Assembly (NCBI GenBank): GCA_965248575.1
Contig: CBDFJQ010000002.1
Location: forward strand, 4,832,001-4,896,000
Source: Planctomycetota bacterium
GTDB taxonomy: Bacteria; Planctomycetota; B15-G4
Reading direction: 5' to 3'
DNA: 64,000 nucleotides
Shown here: piece after piece, positions 46,476 to 55,643 of the stretch
Position numbering within the stretch: the stretch's first letter is position 1
Layout: every line of letters starts with the position of its first letter
Position numbers and translations under genes: made by a program
The notes under the pieces: model-generated
Told to the model about the DNA's origin: nothing
The model's database searches: none
The model's input: only the letters and a program-made list of their open reading frames with translations

Positions 46476-48212
46476 TCAGGAATCGTCCTTGCCGAGCAGC
46501 AGGGACTCGGGATGGCGTTCGAGGTAGTCCGCCAAGGCGGCGATGGAGCGCATGCCCGACGAGATCTCACGCAGCGCGGCCGTGAGTTCTTCCTGGATGA
46601 TGGGCAGGTCCGCGGCCAGGTTCGCGACGCCTCCTTCGCCCTCCTGCACCAGGCCCAGCGCGGAGTCAGCCGTTTCCTGCAGGGTGGCGATGAGGTTCGG
46701 TGTGCCGCCTTGCAGATCCTGCATCACGGAGTCGATGCGCGTGACCAAGGTCCGCATCTCCTCGACGGCCGTACTCAGGGAGGACACGAGCGGGCGCGAG
46801 TCGGTCTGCAAGTCCGTGAGCAGCAGGTCCAGCGAAGCGGCGGCCGATTCCACCGAGGCGAGCGTATCCTTCGTCTGGGATGACGCCACGATCTCGGAGA
46901 TGCCGGCCACGGTGGATTGCAAGTCGGCCACGATCGTAGGCAGCTGGGAGATCATCTCGGTGATGGCCTCGCCGGTGGAAATGATCGTGGGGATCTCTGG
47001 AGGGTCCGTCTCGGAAGCGAAGTAGTTGGGGGTCGTGTCCGGGTGGAAGTCCACCACGATGTCCCGGGCACCCGTGAGAAGGTTGGCTGGGCCGAGCTGC
47101 GCGCGGAGCCCTCCCTCCACCATGCGCGTCACGCGGTCGTGGTGGGACTCGTCCGGGTCGTCGTTCTCCGGAGAGAGGCGGCCGGGGTAGGTCTCCATGA
47201 GAACGGGCATCCTGAACGACACATCGGAGCGATCCACCTCGACCGAGAGCTGCAACACCTTGCCGATCTCGATGCCCTGGAAGACGACGGCGGAGCCCAC
47301 GCTCAGGCCAGTGAGGGGCTCGCTGAAGTAGGAGATGGTCTGGCGGGGCTGTGAGTTGATCTCCGCCGCCTCGGAGTCGGTCGCGATGAGCGAGTACACC
47401 TGGCCTGCCTCGGCGGCCGGGCCGAGGGGCTCGCCGGGGGCCTTGCCGAAGGCGATGCCCCCCAAGAGGATGGCTTCGAGGGATTCGGCATGCACGTCGA
47501 AGCCGTCGGCTGAGAGCGTCACGTCGAAGCCGCTCGCGTTCCAGAACCGTGTGTTGGTCCGGACCAGGTCGGCGTACTCAGGTTCGATGTAGACGTCGAA
47601 CTCGATCAGCTCCTCGTCGCGCAGGTAGGTGTAGCCGTCCACTTGCCCCATGGGGATCTGCAGGTGGGAGACGGGGGTGCCGGCGCTGATGGAGCCCATG
47701 CTGTCCGAGCGAAGCTTCAGCATGAGGCCGCTGGCGTCAGCGGGCCGGCTTGGCGGGTCCTCCAGGCCTTGGAAGGTGCTCGTGGGCTGGCCCTGGGTCG
47801 AGAGGTCGGCAGCGATGTAGGCGCCGGAGATGATCGTGCCGAGGCCCGACACACCCCCCGCTCCGATGCGCGGCTTGACGACCCAGAAGCGGGTGCCATC
47901 CACGAGATAGGGTTCGGAGCCCACCGTCAACTCTGCGGTGGCGATCACATGGTCCAAGCTCGGCGCGAGCTGGATGTCGGTCACATGGCCGACCTCCAGC
48001 TCCTTGAACTTGATCTTGGTCTTGCCTGCCTCGATGCCGTCGGCCGTGACGAAGTTCAACACGATGGTCGGGCCCTGCTCCTGCATGGCCTTGTACCAGA
48101 GCCAACCACCCACGAGAGCCGCCACGATCGGGACGATCCAGATGGTCTGGATGCCCTTCTTCTTGCGGATGACGGCCTCTGGGACGGAGTCGGTCGAAGT
48201 GTCGGAGGTCAT
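46476..48212 (-). CDS. pqiB: Intermembrane transport protein PqiB (three MCE domains + helical tail)
   Basis: IWIVPIVA, GIEAGKTKIK, TRFWVVKPR, NTRFWNASG, GLSVGSAV, GLRAQL, YLERHPESLL. Confidence 0.9.
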   Translation of the reverse strand: MTSDTSTDSVPEAVIRKKKGIQTIWIVPIVAALVGGWLWYKAMQEQGPTIVLNFVTADGIEAGKTKIKFKELEVGHVTDIQLAPSLDHVIATAELTVGSEPYLVDGTRFWVVKPRIGAGGVSGLGTIISGAYIAADLSTQGQPTSTFQGLEDPPSRPADASGLMLKLRSDSMGSISAGTPVSHLQIPMGQVDGYTYLRDEELIEFDVYIEPEYADLVRTNTRFWNASGFDVTLSADGFDVHAESLEAILLGGIAFGKAPGEPLGPAAEAGQVYSLIATDSEAAEINSQPRQTISYFSEPLTGLSVGSAVVFQGIEIGKVLQLSVEVDRSDVSFRMPVLMETYPGRLSPENDDPDESHHDRVTRMVEGGLRAQLGPANLLTGARDIVVDFHPDTTPNYFASETDPPEIPTIISTGEAITEMISQLPTIVADLQSTVAGISEIVASSQTKDTLASVESAAASLDLLLTDLQTDSRPLVSSLSTAVEEMRTLVTRIDSVMQDLQGGTPNLIATLQETADSALGLVQEGEGGVANLAADLPIIQEELTAALREISSGMRSIAALADYLERHPESLLLGKDDS

Positions 48213-48844
48213 GGCGAATCTTCCAGGGCGTCCCAGATCAGACGGGGGTCAAAGGACTCGGCTGCGAGCATGGTCAAGACGACGACGGCACAGAAGGCCA
48301 CGGCGCCTGCGCCCGCGTGGATGGTGGCGAGCGCCTGCAGTTGCACCAAGGCAACCAGCAGCGCGATGACGAAGATGTCGAGCATGGACCAACGACCGAT
48401 GTGCTCGATCAGGCGATAGAAGGCGGTGCGGTCGCGGGGCCTCCAGCGCGACTTGAACTTGACGGAGAGCAGGAGCCACGTGAGTACGAAGAGCTTGAGT
48501 ACGGGCACGGCGATGCTGGCGAAGAACAAGAGCATCGCGATGGGTGCGTCCCCGTGGTGGAACAACAGGATCACGCCGCTCATGATGGTGTCCGGCTCAC
48601 CCGCGCCGAGGTAGACGATGGTGGACACCGGCAGCACGTTGGCCGGGATGTACATGATGTAGGCGGCGATGAGCAGCGCCCAGGACCGGGAGAGCGAGTG
48701 CGCCTTGCGCATGTGAAGCTCGGAGTCGCAGCGCGGGCAATGGGCTGTCGAACCCCGTGGGACCTCGGGCAGCCGGCTCGAGAGGCCACAGTCGTGGCAG
48801 CGCGCCAGGCCCGAGGCTCGCGCACTCAGGCTCTGCGAACTCAC
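48209..48844 (-). CDS. pqiA: PqiA family protein (C-terminal half type)
   Basis: CHDC...CPRC; YIPANVLP; DTIMSGV; IGRWSMLDIFV; FDPRLIWD. Confidence 0.92.
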   Translation of the reverse strand: MSSQSLSARASGLARCHDCGLSSRLPEVPRGSTAHCPRCDSELHMRKAHSLSRSWALLIAAYIMYIPANVLPVSTIVYLGAGEPDTIMSGVILLFHHGDAPIAMLLFFASIAVPVLKLFVLTWLLLSVKFKSRWRPRDRTAFYRLIEHIGRWSMLDIFVIALLVALVQLQALATIHAGAGAVAFCAVVVLTMLAAESFDPRLIWDALEDSP

Positions 48845-49464
48845 GCGCTTTCCCCGCCGTCGAGGTAGTCCCAGAAACGGGCAGGGTCAAACGCCACGAG
48901 ACTCGCGGTCGATGTGAGAATCAACAGCACGAAGGCGTAGAGCGCCGGGCCGAACACGATGTCGGCCATGTCCGAGAGCTTGATGGCAGAGACGATGGCG
49001 CCGAGCAGGAAGACCTCCATCATGCTCCAGGCTTTCAGCCGGCCCAGGGCCTTGCCCAGCCCGACCATCCACCCGAAGCGCTTGCCCATGAGCATGGGGG
49101 CACTCAAGGCGAGTAGCCCAGCGATCATCACGAAGGGAGCCAGGACGCTCGTGAACAACACCATGCCTGCGAGCGCGTCGTAGCCATCCGAGTGCAACTG
49201 GGTGATGCCCGAGTAGAGCCGGGCTACCTGGACCCGGCCGGCGATCTGGAACTCCATGAAAGGAAAGGAGTTCGCCACCACCAGCAGGATCAAGCTCGCG
49301 GAGGAGAAGGCGAAGGTGCGTGTCGCGACGTCTCGTGTGCCACGCGCGAGAAGACTTCCACAGCGGGAGCACAGAGCCTTCTCGCCAGGTGCGAGTGGTC
49401 GAGCGGCGTGCAGCAAGTCACAGTCGTGGCACGCGAGCGCGGCGGTGGTTGGGGGTGGGGCCAT
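48841..49464 (-). CDS. pqiA: PqiA family protein (N-terminal half type)
   Basis: CHDCDLL...CSRC; ANSFPFM; WSMMEVFLLG...IKL. Confidence 0.92.
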   Translation of the reverse strand: MAPPPTTAALACHDCDLLHAARPLAPGEKALCSRCGSLLARGTRDVATRTFAFSSASLILLVVANSFPFMEFQIAGRVQVARLYSGITQLHSDGYDALAGMVLFTSVLAPFVMIAGLLALSAPMLMGKRFGWMVGLGKALGRLKAWSMMEVFLLGAIVSAIKLSDMADIVFGPALYAFVLLILTSTASLVAFDPARFWDYLDGGESA

Positions 49465-49491
49465 AGGAGCTGGCCTGGATTCTATCCCCGC

Positions 49492-50037
49492 TCAATGGGC
49501 CCGCGAAACAGATCTTGAAAGCTGCTTGTCAGGTGGAGTGTTCGGCGCCTCCGGGAGCTCGGACGACTGTTCGAAGAAGCACTCTGCGAACCGAAGGCAG
49601 CAGCCCTCCACGAAGGACTCGAGGGCTTCCCGCTGGTCCAGCAGCCTGCCGCCCATGGGACCGCTCATGTCCTCTGTGGGAAGGTCGGTATCGAAGACGG
49701 TGCAGCTGCAGATGAGTGCGTACTCACCGTTCTCCGTGTCCATGCTCAGCGCGAACTCCAGTCGGTTGAACGCTTTGTAGGGCGACCCCTTGAACGATCC
49801 GTGTGGGAGGTCGGCTTCGAGCCCGAGCACCCAGGCGCCGTCGTAGAGTCGGCGCCGCGGCCACAGCTGGGGGAGTTCATCCCGGAGCGCGCTGAGGTAG
49901 GGCTCCAGCAGGCGCTCGAAGGCTTCCCTGACGTCCAGGGCAAGCAGTGCCCTGCCGGCATAGGGTTGCCTACCGTGACGCGCCTCTTGTTGGAGCTTGA
50001 GGGGCCGGATCTTGTCGCTGAGGCTCAGTGTGCTCAT
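49492..50037 (-). CDS. Hypothetical protein
   Basis: 181-aa ORF with coding-like codon usage, GGAG upstream; no recognisable motif. Confidence 0.6.
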   Translation of the reverse strand: MSTLSLSDKIRPLKLQQEARHGRQPYAGRALLALDVREAFERLLEPYLSALRDELPQLWPRRRLYDGAWVLGLEADLPHGSFKGSPYKAFNRLEFALSMDTENGEYALICSCTVFDTDLPTEDMSGPMGGRLLDQREALESFVEGCCLRFAECFFEQSSELPEAPNTPPDKQLSRSVSRAH

Positions 50038-50205
50038 CGGTGGGGCTCCGTGCTGGTGGGGGTTTGGAGTTGGCGCCCGAAAAGTGAGGGGCTGTCGGCG
50101 GAGGTTCCGACAGCCCCTCAAGTGGCCACCGCCAGAGTCGTCAGGGTGAGGGACGGGGAGGGAAGAGACTCTGAAAGGGCCGTGCAGCGAGGGTGTTGGG
50201 AGAGT

Positions 50206-50233
50206 TGCCAAGGACAGCTGCCAAGGACAGCTG
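50206..50233. repeat. Perfect 13-bp tandem duplication TGCCAAGGACAGC x2
   Basis: tgccaaggacagc tgccaaggacagc tg in a divergent intergenic region. Confidence 0.8.
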
Positions 50234-50416
50234 AGAGAGAAGAGGTGAGGAGGCTCTGTGACGCTCCTTCGGGGTGAGGGCCGCAGAGCCATCCTCGTTC
50301 GGGTTCATTCACAACGCGTGAACCCGCCGTGTGACCCGCAGCAGAAAGTTCCTTTCTGCGATCCGTCTGGTGTCGTTCGATAAGATGTGCGCCGCCATTC
50401 CCTGGGACGGACGCTC

Positions 50417-50989
50417 ATGCAGGACAGCCAGGCCACACAGCTCGTCACGCAGATGGAGGCTGGGGACCCCCAGGCAGTCCATGTGCTGTTGCCGTTGGTC
50501 TACTCAGAGCTGCGGTCCCTGGCAGCTGCCTTTCTCTTCCGAGAGCGCCGGAACCACACGCTCCAACCCACGGCCATCGTGCACGAGGCCTTCTTGCGTC
50601 TCGTGGACCAGACACGCGTCAACTGGAAGGGGCGAGCGCACTTCGTCGCCGTGGCTGCACAGGCCATGAGACGCTTACTCGTGGATCATGCTCGTGCCAA
50701 GCATTCGGCCAAGCGTGGAGGTGGGCGACTGCGGGTGAGCTTGCACGCCGACCTGGCCTTGTCCCCCGAGCACGAGCAGGACGTGCTGGACCTGCACGAG
50801 GCCCTCGAGAAGTTGAAGGAAGTAGACGAGCGACAGGCGCAGATCGTGGAGTTGCGCTTCTTTGGCGGCTTGAGCGTCAAGGAGGTCGCGGAAGTCTTGG
50901 ATGTCTCCACGCGTACGGTCGAGAGCGATTGGACGATGGTGCGTGCCTGGCTTCGACGCGAACTGAGTGAGGGCGAGTCGGATGGCTGA
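50417..50989 (+). CDS. ECF sigma factor, TIGR02999-like (kinase-associated)
   Basis: LLPLVYSELR...HTLQPTAIVHEAFLRL...AMRRLLVDHAR...KRGG...VELRFFGGL...TVESDW..RAWL. Confidence 0.93.
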   Translation: MQDSQATQLVTQMEAGDPQAVHVLLPLVYSELRSLAAAFLFRERRNHTLQPTAIVHEAFLRLVDQTRVNWKGRAHFVAVAAQAMRRLLVDHARAKHSAKRGGGRLRVSLHADLALSPEHEQDVLDLHEALEKLKEVDERQAQIVELRFFGGLSVKEVAEVLDVSTRTVESDWTMVRAWLRRELSEGESDG

Positions 50990-53396
50990 CCCGCGCCACC
51001 AGCGGGTGAAGGAGCTGTTCCAGCGGGCCGTCCACTTGGATCGGGAAGCTCGCGAGCAGTACCTGCAGCAGACCTGCGCCGGAGATCCAGAGCTGTTGGC
51101 AGAGGTTGAATCCCTGTTGAAGCACCACATGGACAAGACCCTGATCGCCGTAGCGCCTGACTCCGTGTCGCCGACGGTGCCCTCGGCGCCCGCATCCCTG
51201 CGTCGCGCCGCGGACGACTCGCCCGGTGCGAGGACGCGGGCCTCGGCAGTCCGAGGGATCGTGCGCGCCAGCCGCGGTCGCCTGGCCTTCGGAGCGATGC
51301 TCCTGGTGCTCTTGGTGGTGTACGGCGCTTGGACGTCGTCGCGTGTGCAGTCCTCCCTCGACACGCTGCTGGAGGACCAACTCCAGACCGTCCTGGATGC
51401 CAGCGCGACAGCCTTGCGCCAGTGGTTGGCGGCAGTCGAGACGGATGCACAGATGTGGGCGGACAGGTCCACGGTTCGAGCAGCAAGCCTGGCCCTGGCG
51501 AAGCTGGCCGACGAGAGCGCGGACCCGGCGACGGCCCTCGAAGGGTCCGGGCATCTGGCACTGTTGGTGAGCACCTTGGCCAGCGCCGTGCGCGATCCGA
51601 ACGCCGTGGAGGCGGGGGTTGAGCCACTCGGGGGCGAGCGCCGGGAGTCGGTCTTGCTCACGCATCGCCGCTTCGATGGCTTCGGGGTCGCCAGCGCGAG
51701 CGGGCGGATCCTGGGGGGCTATTCACCGGGCGACGAGGCTCAGGAGAGTCTCGGCGAGAGCATGTCCGAGGGTGGCCAGGCCATCCTGAAGCGGGTGCTG
51801 CAGGGGGAGACCGTGGTGGTTCCTCCCTACGAAACGGGCTCCATGGTGCATGGATTCGTTCCAGCCTTGAGCAAGCCGGCCATGGTCGTCGTCACCCCGG
51901 TCCGTGACGAGGCAGGCGTGCCCATCGCCCTGCTGGGTCTGCTCATCGAACCCTCCGAGGAGTACAGCGCCATCCTCGAAGCCGGGCGGATCGGCGAGAC
52001 AGGCGAGACCTACACCTTCAACGAGCAGGGGGTCATGCTCTCCGAGAGCGCCTTCCTGGACGACCTGCGGGCGATGGGCTTGCTGGCAGCGGACGAACCT
52101 TCGGCGGTGCTGCGAGTCCAGCTGCGAGACCCAGGCGGAAACATGGTGGAGGGGCATCAGCCTGAGCTGGCCCTCGCGGACCGGCGCCGCACCATCATGG
52201 CGACAGACGCCATCGATCGTCGCAGTTCGGGGGTGAACGTCAGCGGCTACCGGGACTACCGGGGCGTGGAGGTCGCTGGCGCCTGGACCTGGTTGAATGA
52301 ATACGGCATCGGCATCGCCACCGAGATCGATCTGGCTGAGGGGCATGCGGCGATGCGTGTGCTGCGCACCTCCTTGAGCACGCTGGTCTGGGGCGTGTTC
52401 ATCCTGGCGCTTGGGTTGCTCGTGTTCATGGCCAAGAACGTGGGCCTCCAGGCAGATGTCGACCTGGCGCGACAGTACGGGGACTACCGGGTGGTGCGCA
52501 TCCTGGGTGAGGGCGGGATCGGCACGGTGTTCCTGGCGGAACACAAGATGTTCGCCCGGCCGGCCGCGGTGAAGGTCTTGCGCAAGGACCGCCTCACCGT
52601 GGACTCAGAGCTACGTTTCCAGCAAGAGGTCCAGCTCAGCTCCCAGCTCACGAACCCGCACACCGTGGAGATCTATGACTTCGGCCGGACGGCGGCGGGG
52701 GAGTTCTACTACGCCATGGAGTACCTCCCGGGGCTGACGTTGCATGAGCTCGTTGAGCGCTTCGGTGCCCTTCCCCAAGAGCGGGTGGTGCACATCGTGC
52801 GGCAGATCTGCGAGTCGCTGGCCGAGGCCCATGACCTGGGCATCATCCACCGCGACATCAAGCCCATGAACATCCTGTTGTGCGAACGCGGCGGGCGGTA
52901 CGACGTCGTGAAGGTGCTCGACTTCGGCTTGGTGAAGGACATGGGTGCGCCGGCGGATCTTCAGTTGACGCAGACTGAGCAGGTGACGGGCTCGCCGCTC
53001 TACATGGCGCCGGAGCGCTTTGAGGCACCCTTGTCCGTGGACGAACGGGCAGACATCTGGGCCGTGGGCTGCGTGGCGTACTTCCTGCTTGCGGGTCGAG
53101 ACCCGTTCCAGGCCAAGTCCGTGATGGATGTCTGGAACCAGGTGGTCAACGATGACCCGCCCCATCTCCGGGATGACCTGGGCCTCGACGTGCAACCCTT
53201 CCTGGCCGCGATGGTGAGCCGCTGTCTGGCAAAGAGCCCTGACGAACGACCGCAGTCGGTGCATGAAATCCTTTCCATGCTTCAAGCCCTCGACATGCCC
53301 GTCTGGGGTCGCAGTGATGCACAGCGCTGGTGGTCACAGCGCGTCGATGAGTTGCCCAGCTCACCCAAGATCGTGCGCAGGGAAGAGCCTGCTTAA
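50982..53396 (+). CDS. Ser/Thr protein kinase with two TM helices flanking an extracytoplasmic Cache-like sensor; kinase domain C-terminal
   Basis: ELFQRAV...CAGDPELLAEVESLL cap; TM; GETGETY...YRDYRGVEVAGAW...EID; TM; GEGGIG, AVK, HRDIKPMN, DFG, GSPLYMAPE. Confidence 0.9.
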   Translation: MADPRHQRVKELFQRAVHLDREAREQYLQQTCAGDPELLAEVESLLKHHMDKTLIAVAPDSVSPTVPSAPASLRRAADDSPGARTRASAVRGIVRASRGRLAFGAMLLVLLVVYGAWTSSRVQSSLDTLLEDQLQTVLDASATALRQWLAAVETDAQMWADRSTVRAASLALAKLADESADPATALEGSGHLALLVSTLASAVRDPNAVEAGVEPLGGERRESVLLTHRRFDGFGVASASGRILGGYSPGDEAQESLGESMSEGGQAILKRVLQGETVVVPPYETGSMVHGFVPALSKPAMVVVTPVRDEAGVPIALLGLLIEPSEEYSAILEAGRIGETGETYTFNEQGVMLSESAFLDDLRAMGLLAADEPSAVLRVQLRDPGGNMVEGHQPELALADRRRTIMATDAIDRRSSGVNVSGYRDYRGVEVAGAWTWLNEYGIGIATEIDLAEGHAAMRVLRTSLSTLVWGVFILALGLLVFMAKNVGLQADVDLARQYGDYRVVRILGEGGIGTVFLAEHKMFARPAAVKVLRKDRLTVDSELRFQQEVQLSSQLTNPHTVEIYDFGRTAAGEFYYAMEYLPGLTLHELVERFGALPQERVVHIVRQICESLAEAHDLGIIHRDIKPMNILLCERGGRYDVVKVLDFGLVKDMGAPADLQLTQTEQVTGSPLYMAPERFEAPLSVDERADIWAVGCVAYFLLAGRDPFQAKSVMDVWNQVVNDDPPHLRDDLGLDVQPFLAAMVSRCLAKSPDERPQSVHEILSMLQALDMPVWGRSDAQRWWSQRVDELPSSPKIVRREEPA

Positions 53397-53499
53397 CGGC
53401 TCTGTTGCTGGGTTTGGGGCACATGGCGTCCTACACTCTGCTCGCCGTTGGTGCTCGGAGCTCCCGAGCCTGCGCGCATTCCTCTCCTGGAGACTGTCG

Positions 53500-53778
53500 A
53501 TGGCACGTCACCGATCTCGCGCCGGGGCAGCGCTGGCCCTTGGAGCGCTGCTCTTCCTGGCGCCCGGTTGTCTGGGCCCGCAACATGCGACGGGCCATCT
53601 GGCCAAGTGGAACATGGAGTTCGAGAACAAGTGGGCCCGTGAGGGTGTGTTCCTGCTCGTGTTCCCCGGCTACGTCCTCACGGGCGTGGGCGACATCCTG
53701 ATCTTCAACTCCGTCCAATGGTGGACGGGCGAAAACCCCATCAGTCGCGCAGGCAGCGAACCTGGCCCCCGGTTCTAG
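53500..53778 (+). CDS. DUF3332-like small lipoprotein
   Basis: GCLGP..AT...WN...NKWAREGVF...DILIFNSVQWWTGENPI. Confidence 0.75.
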   Translation: MARHRSRAGAALALGALLFLAPGCLGPQHATGHLAKWNMEFENKWAREGVFLLVFPGYVLTGVGDILIFNSVQWWTGENPISRAGSEPGPRF

Positions 53779-53792
53779 GAAAGGAGTGAGTT

Positions 53793-54143
53793 ATGAAGAT
53801 CTTCCATAGCAAGCGTCTCGTTCTGTGTGCGCTCCTCGTGGGCCTGTGCTGCACCAGCTGCGTCGGGCCCTTCAACGCCACCCGGCGCATCCACACCTGG
53901 AATCGCGAGTTCGACAACCGCTGGTTGGGCGAGGGTGTGTTCCTCGTGTTCCGCGCCTTGCCGGTGTATGGCGCCGCGGCGGTCGGCGACCTCTTCATCT
54001 TCAACTCCTTCCAGTTCTGGGGAGCGGAGAACCCCATCGACCCGGTTGACCCGGCACGCATCAAGGCACTCAACGCGGCGGACGATGCGCGCGCGGCAGG
54101 TGTCGAGCCGGAGCAGGGGCCCGACGAAGAAACGGCTGAGTAG
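53793..54143 (+). CDS. DUF3332-like small lipoprotein (paralog)
   Basis: SCVGPFNAT...WN...NRWLGEGVF...PVYG...DLFIFNSFQFWGAENPI; SD AAGGAG. Confidence 0.8.
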   Translation: MKIFHSKRLVLCALLVGLCCTSCVGPFNATRRIHTWNREFDNRWLGEGVFLVFRALPVYGAAAVGDLFIFNSFQFWGAENPIDPVDPARIKALNAADDARAAGVEPEQGPDEETAE

Positions 54144-54185
54144 TCGCCGCTGGTGGCACGTCCGGCCTCGGGGGCTCCTGAACCC

Positions 54186-55643
54186 TCAGTCGCCGGACGT
54201 GTCGCCGCCAGCCTTGGGGCTGTCCTGCGGGCCTATGGCCGCCCACTCGGCGGTGCCCTGCCAGCCGCCTCCCAGCGCACGGTAGAGCACGACCGTCGAG
54301 CTCAGCTCGGCGCGTCGGGCCTGTACCAGGCTGAGTTCGGCATCGAAGTGGTCCCGTTCGGTGTCGAGCACCTCAAGGTAGCTGGTCACGCCCCCGCGGT
54401 AGCGGTCCTGGGACAGGCGCAGCTGGTCCGCCAGGGTCTCCTGGATGCTCTGTTGCACGAGCCGGATCTCGCGGGTCTTGTCGTGTTCCACCAAGGCGTC
54501 GGCCACTTGGCGGAAGGCCTGCTGCAGCGTCGCGAGGTATTCGAGGGCCGCCTGCCGCTGCTGCGACTCGGTCACTTCCACATTGGCTTCCAGGCGGCCG
54601 CCGTTGAAGATGGGCAGGGAGATGCTCGGCAGGAGCTGCCAGGTGCCCGAGCCCGAACGCAGCAGGTCGGTGAGCTGCTCGCTGGACCCTCCGACCGAAC
54701 TGGTCAGGGAGACATTGGGATAGAGCATGGCCCGGGCCTCACCGATGCGAGCGTTGGCGGCGATGAGACGCAGCTCGGCAACGTGGATGTCAGGCCGGCG
54801 TTCCAGAAGCTGGGAGGGGAGGCCCGCCGGAACTTTCAGCTCGGCGCCCGATTGAGCGTCGAGGGAGCCGCGTTCCACCGGGCCAGGAAGGCTGCCCACC
54901 AGCACGCGGATCAAGTTCTCTTGTTGCTGTTGGAGCTGCTCGAGCTCGGGGATCAAGCGCAGCGAGGTGAGGACCAGGTTCTCCGCCTGGCGGAGCTCGA
55001 CCTTGTTGGCGACGCCCTGCTCGAGGCGCAGGCTCACGAGCTCGGCGGACTTTTCACGCGAGGCCAGCGTGCGCTGTGCGATGGCGAGGCCAGCATCCGA
55101 TTCCAGCAGGTCGAAGTAGGTCAGGGCCAGGTCGGTCACGAGCGACTGGAGGACCGCGACGCGCCCGTACTCGCTGGCGAGCAGTTCTGCCCTTGCAGCC
55201 TCCGTTGCCCGGTCGAAGCGCCCCCAGAAATCGAGATCCCAAGACAAGCTCAGCCCGATGGAAGTCTGTTGGCTCGAACGACCCACGCCCGGCGGGAGCG
55301 GCGTCGGGCCGTTGCCTGTGGTGCGGTTCCAGTTCTGCTGCCCGAAGGCATCCAGATCAGGCGAGTGGTTGGAGTTGATGACCGTGTAGCGGGCACGGGC
55401 TTCGAGCACACGCTCTGCTGCCAGGCGGGCGTCGAAGTTCTGCTGCAGAGCCGTACGCACCAGGGCCTGCAGCGCCGGGTCCTGAAAGACCTGGAACCAC
55501 TCCAGGTCGGCGAAGGACTGCTCGCTGCTGGCAGCACCGCGAAAGGCCTCGGGTTGGAGCGGCTGCGGGGTCTGATAGTCAGGCCCGACGGTGCAGGCCG
55601 AGAGCAGGAGGGCAGCCAGGCTGAAGCGGATGGGGCGGCTCAT
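54186..55643 (-). CDS. RND efflux outer-membrane lipoprotein (OprM/NodT type)
   Basis: LSACTVGPDY; WDLDFWGR; LLERRPDI; YLEVLD; LYRALGGGW. Confidence 0.95.
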   Translation of the reverse strand: MSRPIRFSLAALLLSACTVGPDYQTPQPLQPEAFRGAASSEQSFADLEWFQVFQDPALQALVRTALQQNFDARLAAERVLEARARYTVINSNHSPDLDAFGQQNWNRTTGNGPTPLPPGVGRSSQQTSIGLSLSWDLDFWGRFDRATEAARAELLASEYGRVAVLQSLVTDLALTYFDLLESDAGLAIAQRTLASREKSAELVSLRLEQGVANKVELRQAENLVLTSLRLIPELEQLQQQQENLIRVLVGSLPGPVERGSLDAQSGAELKVPAGLPSQLLERRPDIHVAELRLIAANARIGEARAMLYPNVSLTSSVGGSSEQLTDLLRSGSGTWQLLPSISLPIFNGGRLEANVEVTESQQRQAALEYLATLQQAFRQVADALVEHDKTREIRLVQQSIQETLADQLRLSQDRYRGGVTSYLEVLDTERDHFDAELSLVQARRAELSSTVVLYRALGGGWQGTAEWAAIGPQDSPKAGGDTSGD

